A stretch of 63,968 nucleotides of DNA, filler included, from Craspedostauros australis (taxonomy: Eukaryota): NCBI GenBank assembly GCA_030167865.1. It is 11 parts of 11 records of this genome, joined end to end, with 100 filler letters (N's around TTAATTAATTAA, not from the genome) between each part and the next. Parts side by side here need not be neighbours in the genome. Positions count along the whole stretch, not along the records: positions 10,295 to 38,763 come from JALAGF010005096.1; positions 38,864 to 41,138 come from JALAGF010005098.1; positions 41,239 to 43,938 come from JALAGF010005099.1; positions 44,039 to 48,471 come from JALAGF010005100.1; 7 more parts are not named here. One strand, written 5' to 3'. This document shows, one piece after another, positions 35,241 through 47,000 of this stretch; position 1 is the stretch's first letter; every line of letters begins with the position of its first letter. The notes beneath the pieces were generated by a model, which saw only the letters and a list, made by a program, of their open reading frames with translations, had not been told where the DNA came from and did no database searches. Position numbers and translations under genes: made by a program.

Positions 35241-37250
35241 ATGGCAGAAGGAGAGCAACCAAAGGTGAGCCGTTCCCAACAACGATTCCGAAGGATGGAT
35301 GACCTCTTGTCCGCCACGATACGCGCGGACGAGCGTGTTTTGGCCAAAGCACGACACAGCAAAGCACGACAGAGAAAGGCAACAAAAAAGATCGTGGCGA
35401 AGGCTTTCGCCGTGTTTTTGCGCAGAGCTGTTCTGCGTTTCTCGCTGCCGTCTTCTCGTTGCTGCTGCTGCATTGCATCTCATCCTGACAAAGAAGCAGG
35501 CAGAGACAAAGACAACGGCCATGGCATCGCATGCCATCACAAGGCATGTCGAAGTTGGCGTCAAGGATGCCTTGGTGAACACGACCAACAACGGCCGCGG
35601 GAAATCAGCAGACACACCAAGCAACGGCAAGGACAATGACGATGAGGAATGCTGAGGAATGCTCCGGTCATGTCCATCCAGCTCATCAATGCTCTCGTCA
35701 CTTACCTCCTTCATCCACCTGTTCATTCTTCCATCCATCCATCCACATATCTATCTATATTATGTATCTATCTCTCCATCCACGCATTCTCCATTCGGAA
35801 TGACCGATTCTGTGCCTGCCCCATTCTGCCCTACCCCATGATAATAACATCCCACCAACATCCCTAATAACCTGCAACCACGTGACAGACATATGACTGG
35901 CTCCCAGAGGGCATGGAGGCCCTGGCAGATGGAGAGTACGATGCCATCGTCATGGGAACAGGCCTGAAGGAATGCGTCATCTCCGGACTTCTCTCCGTCA
36001 AGGGCAAGCGCGTGCTGCAGGTCGACCGCAACGGCTACTACGGCGGAGACGGTGCCTCCCTCAACCTCACCAACCTCTTCGAGAAGTTCCAGGCCGGAGA
36101 GGCCCCAACCAACCTCGGCGCCAACCGTGATTACAACGTAGATCTCATCCCCAAGTTCATCATGGCCTGCGGCAACCTCACCAAGATGCTGCTCCACACG
36201 AAGGTCACAAGGTACCTGGACTTCAAGAGCATCGCGGGATCCTACGTCTACAAGGGCGGCAACATCCTCAAGGTCCCTGCCACACCAAGCGAGGCCCTGC
36301 AATCGTCCCTCATGGGACTCTTCGAAAAGCGTCGCTTCCGCAAGTTCCTCATCTTCGTCGACCAGTACGAGCTTGCCAACACCGCCACCCACGAGGGCCG
36401 CGACCTCACCAAAATGACCATGCGACAGCTCTACACTGACTTCGGCATGCAGCCGGACACGCACCAGTTCATCTCGCACGCCATGTGCCTGGAGCTTGAC
36501 GAAGTGCACATGGACAAGCCGGCCTTGGAACCCATGCAGAACCTCAAGGTCTACATGCACTCCCTGCAGCGGTACGGAACCTCTCCCTACATCTACCCAA
36601 TCTACGGCCTCGGCGGACTCCCAGAGGGATTCTCCCGCATCTGCGCCATCCACGGCGGAACCTTCATGCTCAACCAGGACGTCGACGAGATCCTCACCAA
36701 GGACGGCAAGGCCTACGGTGTCAAGGCGGGCAACCAGATGGCCGTCGCCAAGATGGTCATCGGCGACCCATCCTACTTCCCCAAGGAGAAGGTCCGCCCA
36801 ACCGGACGCGTTGTCAGATGCATCTGCCTGCTCAACCACCCCGTCCCAAATACCAATAACGCCGAGTCCGTGCAAATCATCATACCAGGTCCGCAGGTGG
36901 GACGCGTCAACGACGTCTTCGTTTGCAGCTTGGGAAACACCCTCCAGGTCACAGCGCAGGGCATCTATGTCGCCATCGTCTCCACCGTCGCAGAGAAGGC
37001 CAACCCAGACGAGGACGTCACGCCGGGACTCAAGATCTTGGGACCCATCCTGCAGCGCTTCACCAGCGTTTCCACCGTCATGGAGCCAGTCGGCGATGGA
37101 TCCAATGACAACTGCTACATCAGCAAATCCTTCGATGCCACCTCGCACTTCGAAGCCGACTGCGAGGACTTGCTCAGTTTGTACAAGCGCGTCACCGGAG
37201 AAGAACTGGACATGAACATCAACGCCGACTCCGTCGAGGGTGACTACTAA
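35241..37250 (+). CDS. GDI1: Rab GDP-dissociation inhibitor; 24-nt first exon 35241-35264, intron 35265-35888
   Basis: YDAIVMGTGLKEC, DRNGYYGG, NVDLIPKF, YPIYGLGGLPEGFSR and DATSHFE. MAEGEQPK|GTGAGC donor and CAG acceptor give the in-frame N-terminus MAEGEQPKTYDWLPEGMEAL. Confidence 0.95.
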
Positions 37251-37543
37251 ATGCCATCTCCATCATGCATCATCAACCAACAGACAGGCTGCTGATAAGA
37301 GAAATGAATCCAAGCAGCAGTCGCGGTCGCAGCACCAACTTTGTGAGCACAGCGCAAGTGACTCGCGAAAACAATCGCATGGCTGTCGCAAGCGCGATTG
37401 AATGCCATCGCCTTGCGGAAGAATGACTGAAACGCCGTTGTTGTGAACGGTGCCGATATGTTGTGATGACGACGAGCAGCAACACATATTACCACATACA
37501 CAATACCATCGTAGAATACTCGTACTACACATACACGTGCGCG

Positions 37544-38763
37544 TAATAATAATAATAATAATAACTCAGCGATTACGTTACGTGCCTCCAGGGCTTTATC
37601 CTCGTCTAGCCGGGCCCCGCTAGGACCCGGTGTCGAGCGAGCCGTCGAAAACGCGGTCAAGGATTGGCGAGCCACTTGGCCATCAGCGAACGCTCCTGTT
37701 GCATGGATTGTTTACGCTGTCTGGCTCGGGCGTCCCGTCGCACCTGTTGCGCCCGTTCGATCCATTGTTGAACTTGATATTGGTTGCCAGACTCGACCAC
37801 CCCGCCTTGATTGAGGACCTGCGCTTCGCGCAGGGTAAGGCCGGGGGGATGGAAGGAGCGAAGACGTCTCGCGTAGTCGCGAGCGCGTGCTGCCGCCGAG
37901 CCTGGCTCTTCGTGGACTTTGTTGTTCCTAGCGATCCATACGGACCACGGAATTTTCCAAATCCGGCGTATCACATCGGCCGTCCAGGCCTCCGCCGTCC
38001 GGTGCTTGGATTCGTTGTTGACCATCCAGGCCTGTTGCTGCTGGCGCCAATCCACGTGCAGAAAACCTTGCAGGAGTGGAAACCACCCCAACTGCCTCTG
38101 CGGGCCTTGCGGCCGGACCTTGCGGCGCCACCGTCGCATGCCACTACGCATACTCCCAACTACTACGGGATTTGTGCCTACCACTGACATGTAATCCAGT
38201 AATTCCTCCACCGCCTCCTCCCATGCCTCCTCATGCCCACCACAGGTGAGGAGATGCTCCACCGTTTCTTCCTGGCGACAGCTGGGGCAAGTTGAGTGCT
38301 CCTGCTGCCCCACTTGTTGCATTTTGCGGCCCACCGCCATGAACCCTGTAGAGAGCTTCGAGACAAATCGGACGCTGTCGCGTGCCGCCCTCGATGTGCG
38401 GGCCCTGGAATACGACTGCCAATCAACCGCGGCGTACTCGTCAACGCTCCAGCCATGTTTATTGCGCCAGTATTCGGAGATGTCCTCCTTCTGCACCACT
38501 GCCTCCATGGCCTCGGAGTCGATGTGGGAGTAGGGGGCCCCCAACCAGCCAATCCTCCAGACAGGGGCTGACATAACCCACTTGTCGATGATCGGCTGAG
38601 AAGACACCGCCTCCCAGTGACGCTTGGCCTCACTATCCGCGCGGATGTTGAGCCGGGCCCAGATGTCCAGAGACGACAATGGGCCGTCCTGGTGGCCTTT
38701 AACCCATCTCCACTGAAGAGAACACTGAAGCAGAGACTTGACGTGCTCGATTTCCGACAGGAT
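37544..38763 (-). mobile_element. 3' end of a non-LTR retrotransposon (RNase H + C-terminal zinc knuckle; Ambal-like) with (TTA)7 tail
   Basis: Minus frame reads WRWVKGHQD...LNIRAD (RNase H end), then CPSCRQEETVEHLLTC and LGW..LLQG; stop at 37657, about 90 bp 3' UTR, then (TTA)7 at 37544-37564. Confidence 0.82.
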
Positions 38764-39150
38764 NNNNNNNNNNNNNNNNNNNNNNNNNNNNNNNNNNNNN
38801 NNNNNNNTTAATTAATTAANNNNNNNNNNNNNNNNNNNNNNNNNNNNNNNNNNNNNNNNNNNNAGGTCACGAATCTTCTGTGCCCATCTCATCCTTGCCT
38901 TGTCTTCCGCATCATCCGCTGCCTGTGAGGCTTGTTTGGCAAGGGTGACGGCTGCCTTGACTGCATCTGGGTCATTCGGTGCATTCTGGATGGCTTGAAT
39001 TGCGTCGCCTCTGGCCTGAATTGCGAGCACCGCAGCAGGAGACTTCTCCAGGTTCACGACAGCTGCAGAGAAGTACTCTGGGAACTTCTCTGGATGAGCC
39101 NNNNNNNNNNNNNNNNNNNNNNNNNNNNNNNNNNNNNNNNNNNNNNNNNN

Positions 39151-41138
39151 CCACAGAAGAGCACCACCAATTCAGTCACATCTTCGAGCAGCCAGTCGAC
39201 AGGAGGATTGTCGCGATTCTGAAGAACTTGGGTGATTGTTTGCTCGATGGATTTTGAGTCTTNNNNNNNNNNNNNNNNNNNNNNNNNNNNNNNNNNNNNN
39301 NNNNNNNNNNNNNNNNNNNNNNNNNNNNNNNNNNNNNNNNNNNNNNNNNNNNNNNNNNNNNNNNNNNNNNNNNNNNNNNNNNNNNNNNNNNNNNNNNNNN
39401 NNNNNNNNNNNNNNNNNNNNGTCTCCTTGCACCACTCGGTGCTGGCCAGGACCACGTTGATGATGTTGTGGACGGTGGAGCTCGTCAAGCAGAACTTTCG
39501 CAACATGAACCAAAGCGGATCTCGCTGTTCGCGGGTCATCCCAACAACATCAAGGTCACGAATCTTCTGTGCCCATCTCATCCTCGCCTTGTCTTCCGCA
39601 TCATCCGCTGCCTGTGAGGCTTGTTTGGCAAGGGTGACGGCTGCCTTGACTGCATCTGGGTCATTTGGTGCATTCTGGATGGCTTGAATTGCGTCGCCTC
39701 TGGCCTGAATTGCAAGCACCGCAGCAGGAGACTTCTCCAGGTTCACGACAGCTGCAGAGAAGTACTCTGGGAACTTCTCTGGATGAGCCAGAAGATCTGG
39801 GTGATTCGTGCGCTTGGCTTGAACGTGGCGAAGGTACATGATCTCCTCTTTCACCTTTGCCATGGTGAGATCCCATTCGAACCTTCCAACTCCCGTCTTT
39901 GCCATCATGATCATCTTTCCGTTGTCTCGGAGACCATAGCAACAGTAGGTTGCACCCTTCACCTTGTTGGAGGTGGCAAGGAAGAGTCTTGTGGGTTCTG
40001 TCACACTGATCATGAGTTGGTTTGGGTTGGTCCGGTACGTTCCATTGACAAATGGCATGTGTGGAGCCCTCTTGTGAGTGCCTTGGATGTCTGCTCCGGC
40101 TTCAACAAGACCCTGTGTGAGCTTGAGAGAGCCATATCCGCGATCAGCAAGAACATCTGTGTTCTGCAGGGCATTGGTGGTTGCGAATTGGTCCTCAATC
40201 AGATCCTTTGCAGTGTTCGTCTTGGTTTCCTGGATGACTTGGACTCCGCAAGGGACCCCGGACATTGTCATTGCCAAGGTATTGATGGTGAATCTTTGCA
40301 CGGACATTTCGCAAGTTCAAGAGATAGAGAAGAAACAAGATTCGACAAGAAAGAGAGGGATGCAGACATGTATGTGGAATGTGTGAGATTCGAAATGATT
40401 GACAACTGCGCAAGCAACACATACATTCACCGGCATGATCCAAAAGCGCAGTATGCACACAGTACAACTCACCCCCATCTGTTGGGCTTCGGATGCTTGT
40501 GCCGGGCGATACCACTGTGCAATGTGTTGGTGCTCTCACAGTGCACTTTATCGTCGTCAATTGTCACAGTGCGTTTGCCGGTCATGCCTGTCACAATTAG
40601 CTGCTTCATTGTGTGATTGCACCCAATCTGGAGATCCTGCCAAAAGTAGTGAGCGTTGGACTCAATCTTGTTGCTGTCTGCATGGATTTTGCACCACCAA
40701 TCATTGTACTCGGTCTTGCTCGGGGACCCCACTTTGGTGCTCAGCAAGCCCATGGTGTACATGTTTTTCGTAGATGTCCGGAAGGTTGACTGTGTGCTGA
40801 ATGCAACCATGAACTGCAGGTACTCCAATGCATCCATCTTCACATCATCCTTTGCAAATGCTTCTGTGTACAGACGAGATGAGGTACCCAAGACAAGATC
40901 AATGATATCATTCGGTGTTGGGCGTTTGCTGTCGGTGAGCTTTTGCATTGATTTCCGAATGTGCACCATCTCCTTGTTCATGATGACTTTGCTGTCTGCA
41001 CGGGCTTCACCAACTGTGACATGATGCTTCTCGTCCACCCCTGTCTGCAGCTTCCACTTCAGGCTCATGCTTGCCAGCTTTGCTGCATCGGATTTGGTGT
41101 TGCGGGTGGATGCAAGTGCAATTGTAGGAGTGGGATTG
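39151..41138 (-). mobile_element. piggyBac-related DDE transposase fragment with intron 40294-40472, continuing into a YqaJ-like motif
   Basis: After splicing (GG|GTGAGT...AAG|A): VTIDDDK, KPNRWGFTINTLA, VLADRGY, IQGTHKR and LRDNGKMIMM, collinear with piggyBac IDE, KP.K.G, DN.F, GT.R and W.D.K motifs. Both ends run into gaps. Confidence 0.68.
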
Positions 41139-41238
41139 NNNNNNNNNNNNNNNNNNNNNNNNNNNNNNNNNNNNNNNNNNNNTTAATTAATTAANNNNNN
41201 NNNNNNNNNNNNNNNNNNNNNNNNNNNNNNNNNNNNNN

Positions 41239-43938
41239 GATCGAGTGAATATCCACTTCATCTGCTTCCAGCATCCTCAGCTACCTCACGTGACGACGTG
41301 ACACTCTCTGCCCAGTCCTCTGCGCAGACACACTCCTCTGTTCGGATTCCACCGTTCAGCCCCACTCGGCTTCGGCCCTCGCGCGCTCACCACACTCCAG
41401 ACATCACAGTCCAAGTGTGTAAACTCCTTCTTTCCAAACTGCTTCNNNNNNNNNNNNNNNNNNNNNNNNNNNNNNNNNNNNNNNNNNNNNNNNNNACAAC
41501 TCGTCACAGACGATTGATCAAGTGTGCTTTCCTGCTCTATTTCTTGAATCGTACAACAACATCGCCCACGGCGATCTACACGAGAAACCAGAAATATCAA
41601 GACAAACAAACACTCCGCCAACTACAACAAAACAAACACAAAACAAACAATTTCCATCACATCAATCACATCAACTTTCACCCATCACCCATCTCCGAAC
41701 GCTTTCAACATGGCTACCAACACCAACGTCACCGACATCAACGAGTACACCATACTCAACCACGTCTTGTCTACCATCGGCATTCAGGCCCATTCTTGGC
41801 AACGTCGCGCTCTCAACGAGGCTGGCATCGCTAATGCAATGGACCTGATTCACCTCGATAAGCCTGCCCTCTTGGCAATCGAGGTGACCGACGACGACGA
41901 TAACACATTCCGTCCCATGAATGTGCTTGTTGTCAACAAGATCCTCGCTTTGGTACGCTGGATCAATCTCCAACCCCGATTGACTCCCGATGAATGGATG
42001 AGTGTCGGCATGTACGACATCTCGCACCTATCTGTCATCGGGGCCACGGGTCCTTGAACCCCGGCCAGCTACCATCCACGAGGAGGTGTCGGCATCATTC
42101 CTCCCAGTACTCGCACTCGCCGTACTGTGGACGATGATGAGGATATCGAATCTGTGTCCCCGCCTGATCGGGCCAGATTTGCTACTCCGGTGACCAACCC
42201 TTCGGCATGCGTTGCAACAGCGGATACTCCAATCGCTGCTGCTCCTGTGCCAAGTGTTGCATTCGCTCCGTTGAGCGCTCTCCCAGAGTTGTTCACCAAG
42301 GAGTTCAGCCGTGGTGTTAAGCGTGAGGCCCTCGCATTCCCCACCCTGAAGGATGACAAGCGTTTCCTTTCGTTCNNNNNNNNNNNNNNNNNNNNNNNNN
42401 NNNNNNNNNNNNNNNNNNNNNNNNNNNNNNNNNNNNNNNNNNNNNNNNNNNNNNNNNNNNNNNNNNNNNNNNNNNNNNNNNNNNNNNNNNNNNNNNNNNN
42501 NNNNNNNNNNNNNNNNNNNNNNNNNNNNNACCAACTCCTTCGCAAGCATCAAGCGAGCAAGGACGGTCGAGCTGTCTATCAGAGTCTCATTGAGATTTAC
42601 ACCAATGGTGTCAACGGTGAGAGCGCGACAATGGCACTTCGTGCTCGCATCGCCTCCTTCACCTTGGATAATGGCTGGAAGAAGAACCGCGAGAACTTCG
42701 TGGACACCTGGCAGGGAATCATCTCCGATATCGAAGATATGGAAGATGACGCTCTGCCGGACAACACGAAGAAGACGTGGCTGCACAACTCGATTGCTCT
42801 GGACAAGGATCTACTCAATGCTCTCACGAGCACTTCCTACGTCCGCAACGAGATGCTCGCGGCCATGCCCTCCGGTTTCGAGATCAAGGCGGCTGGATTC
42901 GAGCACCATCTCAACTCGGTTCGGATCCATGCGCAACGCCTCGATTCTTCCCACCCTCGTCAGACTCAAAAGCGAAACGTCAACAACGCTGCGACAGGGA
43001 AAGGAAAGGGTGGTTCTTCGGACAAGTCTCCTGCCAAAGGCAACGGCAAGACTTACACCAACGACAAGCGCGGCCGCATTCCAAATGAGGAATGGGCCAC
43101 CATGTCTTGGGCCCAGAAGAAGGACTACATGCACAACAACCCCTCCTGTAGTGCTGGCAAGGGCGACGCCTCGCGTGCCGCTAATAAAGCCAAGTCCTCG
43201 GGTAACTCTTTGTCCACTCCGGCGACCAACGCTCCCGCTTCCTCCGACGCTGGCGGCAATGCGGATTCAAAGGGCGGTCCTCCGGGATCTGCTATCAACC
43301 GCATGCTCGCGCAGGCTCGTCAGTCTGGTCAATCGACCGCTGATTTCGTCGATTCTGATGGCGGGGCGTGGCGACGGGTGAATTCTACCGTGGTCCGATA
43401 CAACTTCGAGACCTCGGTGGATACGAAGACGGGTGCGCTCGTCGACAGTGGCGCCAATGGCGGCCTCGCTGGCGACGACGTGCTAGTTCTGTGCAAGACG
43501 GGCACCATGGCGGACGTGAGCGGCATTGGTGATTCCACCATTGCGAGTTTGGACATTGGCACGGTCGCGGCCCTGCTTCACACGAGCAGCGGCCCGATCA
43601 TCGCCAAGTTCCATCAATACGCTCTGTACGGGAAGGGCAAGTCCATCCATTCTACCAACCAACTCTCTGCGTTCGGTATGGATGTGAATGAACGCCCTCG
43701 TGGACTCCCTGGTGGTCGGCAAACTGTCGTCACACCTGAGGGGCACGTCATCCCGCTGTCCATTCGTGCTGGCCTGTCCTACATGGATATGCCCCCGCCA
43801 ACCCCTGCCGAGATGGATCGGTACCCTCATGTGGACTTCACGTCCGATGATGTATGGGACCCTTCCATTCTCGATCAGGAGTTCGGTCTTGATGATGTCC
43901 GCGCTCTCGCGGACGATGATGATGATGGTTCCGCGTTC
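41239..43938 (+). mobile_element. Copia (CoDi-like, second lineage) leader, gag and protease fragment
   Basis: gag starts at 41710, with an in-frame TGA at 42055-42057; F.RGVKRE..AFP.LKDD; protease ALVDSGANGGLAG; HQYALYGKGKSIHS..Q. Confidence 0.85.
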
Positions 43939-44038
43939 NNNNNNNNNNNNNNNNNNNNNNNNNNNNNNNNNNNNNNNNNNNNTTAATTAATTAANNNNNN
44001 NNNNNNNNNNNNNNNNNNNNNNNNNNNNNNNNNNNNNN

Positions 44039-47000
44039 GCGTCTCCGAGGGAATGGACAACTGGTTGCATTCCATCAGGCACTGGGACGTCGTCGTCAAG
44101 CTCCCCATCATCAGGTGGGTTCATGTCCGAGCCGTCTTCCTCCCCAACGTCGGCCAGGGGAAAGTCGACACGCAGGTTGAGGGAGCCGTGCTCGTCGGCT
44201 GCACGGATCGAGGATCGAGGGAGGAGCTGTTGGGTGTCATCGTCCAACACCCAGAAGGTCAGTTCGTCACCCTTGTGGAGGCAGGGTCCGGCCCACCTCC
44301 CTTTTCGTTCTTTGGACTGGCTGGGAAAGCCAGGTTTCTCCACACGGTAGTACACCGGTTGCCACCAACGGTAGGCAAGGAACTTGCTCACATCNNNNNN
44401 NNNNNNNNNNNNNNNNNNNNNNNNNNNNNNNNNNNNNNNNNNNNNNNNNNNNNNNNNNNNNNNNNNNNNNNNNNNNNNNNNNNTGCATATGAGCCAGAAG
44501 CGAGCAGGTGTGCCCGTCCTGTCCATGATGCCGTTCGTCATGCGCTTGATGTCTTGGATACGCCTCTCTGCGGCGTTCTGGTGTTGGTGCTCCGGCTCGC
44601 TCTGATGATCAGCGATGGAGTACTGTTGGAGGATGTCTTGTACCTTGAATCCAATCTCGGATTTCGCGTTATCGGACATCAGGAGGTCAGGAGCTCCATG
44701 ACGCCGGATGAAGTCTTGGAGAGTGGAAGCGACTTGCTTCTCNNNNNNNNNNNNNNNNNNNNNNNNNNNNNNNNNNNNNNNNNNNNNNTATACTTGCATC
44801 ATCGTGCTGCCACCATGGCCTGGCACACCATCGTCGTGTGCAGGTGTGTCAGAGAACAACGTGTCCATGGCAACAGTCTCGTGGAGTCTGTCCACGTTCG
44901 CGGCAGGGAATCTGGTCTTGAAGTGCTTCCTCATGGTGAACCGTTCGGAGGTGCGGTACCATTGGGACGTGCACTTGAGAGTGTCTTGGACTCTTCTGGC
45001 CGGGATCCATCCGAAGTACGGACGGAGGGCCTCATAGTCGATCGTCGGCTTGGCGCGGGTGACAGCGCCCTGCTTTGGGGCACCAGTCTCACTGGTGAAC
45101 ACTTCAGTGGAGTCGGGTGAGTGGACGCCGTCATCTGGGACACCATCGGAGATCTCGTCCGGCAAAGTGAACTCGTGATCGAGAGTGGATGGGTCCCACT
45201 CTTCGTCGGCAGTGAAGTCCACGTGTGGGTACGTGTCAATCTCCTTGCGTGTGGGAGGCCTCATGTCCATGTAGGACAGGCCCTGTCGGATGGAGAGAGG
45301 TATCACATGCCCATCAGGCACGACGATTGTCTGTCTCCCTCCAGGGAGGTCGCGAGGACGCTCGTTGACATCGAGACCGAAGGCACCGAGCTGATTCGTC
45401 AAGTGAATCGTCTTGCCCTTGCCATAGAGGGCGTATTGGTGGAACTTCGCGATGATAGGTCCCTCAGTGGACATGACGAGTCCAGCGACCGTTCCNNNNN
45501 NNNNNNNNNNNNNNNNNNNNNNNNNNNNNNNNNNNNNNNNNNNNNNNNNNNNNNNNNNNNNNNNNNNNNNNNNNNNNNNNNNNNNNNNNNNNNNNNNNNN
45601 NNNNNNNNNNNNNNNNNNNNNNGACTTCGCAACATCGGTCTTGTTGAAGCTGTATTGCAGGACTGTGGCCTGAACAGCACGGTAGACTTTGCCCTGGATG
45701 ATGACTTCGTCAGAAGTGTTGGTGCTGGTCGTGGCATTGGCCAGCATGCGCTTGATGGCATCGCCGGGGAGTTCGTCAGAACCGGCGCTGCCGGAGGTCG
45801 AGGTGGACTTGGTTTGCCCACCACCCTCATTGCCAGTGGTGGACGTCTTGTTGGCCTGTCTGTTTGATGCATCCCTGGTGTACTTGGGGTCCCAAGTACC
45901 CTTGGACTGCATGTGAGCCTTCTTCTGATCCCAGGTCATTTGCTTCCATTCGTTGTCTGGGATTCGCTTGTTCGTGTTCTTGTTCTTGGATTGGTTGGTC
46001 TTCTTCTCGTTGTTACTTGCTTCCTTGTTTGCGTTATTGACTCTGCGCTTGGTCTTGTTGCGTGGGACGCGGAGATCGTTGCGCTGTGCGGATCTGCGAA
46101 CTACGCCAAGGAAGGCATTGAAGTCCAACCTGAAGTCGGTCTTTCCTGTTGCCAACGCCAAGTTGCTCTGAAGAGCATCGGCGTCGTCAAGGGAACGGAA
46201 GAGGTCAGCATCAGGGGTGATGGCCTCCTTGAGCCACTGGAGCTTCCAGTCCTCAGAGACAGGTGCATCCTGGATCTCTTCGAGGTCGTTGATCTTGCTG
46301 AGCCAGCTGTTCACGAAGGCTTCACGGCTGCCGTTCTAGGAGTGGTTCAGCTTGAGGTTCCGGATCTCCTCTTGGATTAGCTGAGCCTTGTTGGCTGCGG
46401 CTACTCCGGTTGCATACTCTTCACGGAGCATGGTATACACCCCATGACCGTTCTCGTCNTCGGNGTATGCNTGGAGACAGTTGCGGCTCTTCGTGGTCCT
46501 GAGACAGTGGGTCAAGACGTAGAAGAGGAAGGTGCGCTGTTTGTCGAACAGCTCAGCCTCGTCTTGGGTCGGGAGGTACTCGGGGTCTACGACGTTTTTC
46601 ACACCGTGCGCTGCAGCGGTGGCTCGGAGACGTCGGTCGAAGACCATGAACTGGTCATCGCTCTTCAGGATCAGATAGTCGCTGAGGTTCCGCTTGATGC
46701 CCTTGTCGAAGGCAGCGGCTCCATCAGAGACAGGTTCAGGTGGTGGTGGTGGTGTCACCATGGANNNNNNNNNNNNNNNNNNNNNNNNNNNNNNNNNNNN
46801 NNNNNNNNNNNNNNNNNNNNNNNNNNNNNNNNNNNNNNNNNNNNNNNNNNNNNNNNNNNNNNNNNNNGAGTCGCCGTCGCCAGCTTGCGCGTCATACCAC
46901 ATTGGGAGTGCGAGGATCTTGCGAATGTGCAACGCAGTCAATCGGCATGAGTATGGTTCTCCCGAGATGGGAGTGATGTCGCGATGAAGACCGTCGAGGT

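Noticed and set aside
35760..37148. 462-aa antisense ORF over Rab-GDI (and similar shadows over ALG2, ASPM and Copia ORFs)
   Set aside because: Expected shadow of GC3-rich codon usage on the true coding strand.
38864..39100. Internal duplication within the transposase
   Set aside because: Near-identical copy of 39554-39790 bounded by N gaps; most likely an unmerged overlap or a second genomic copy.
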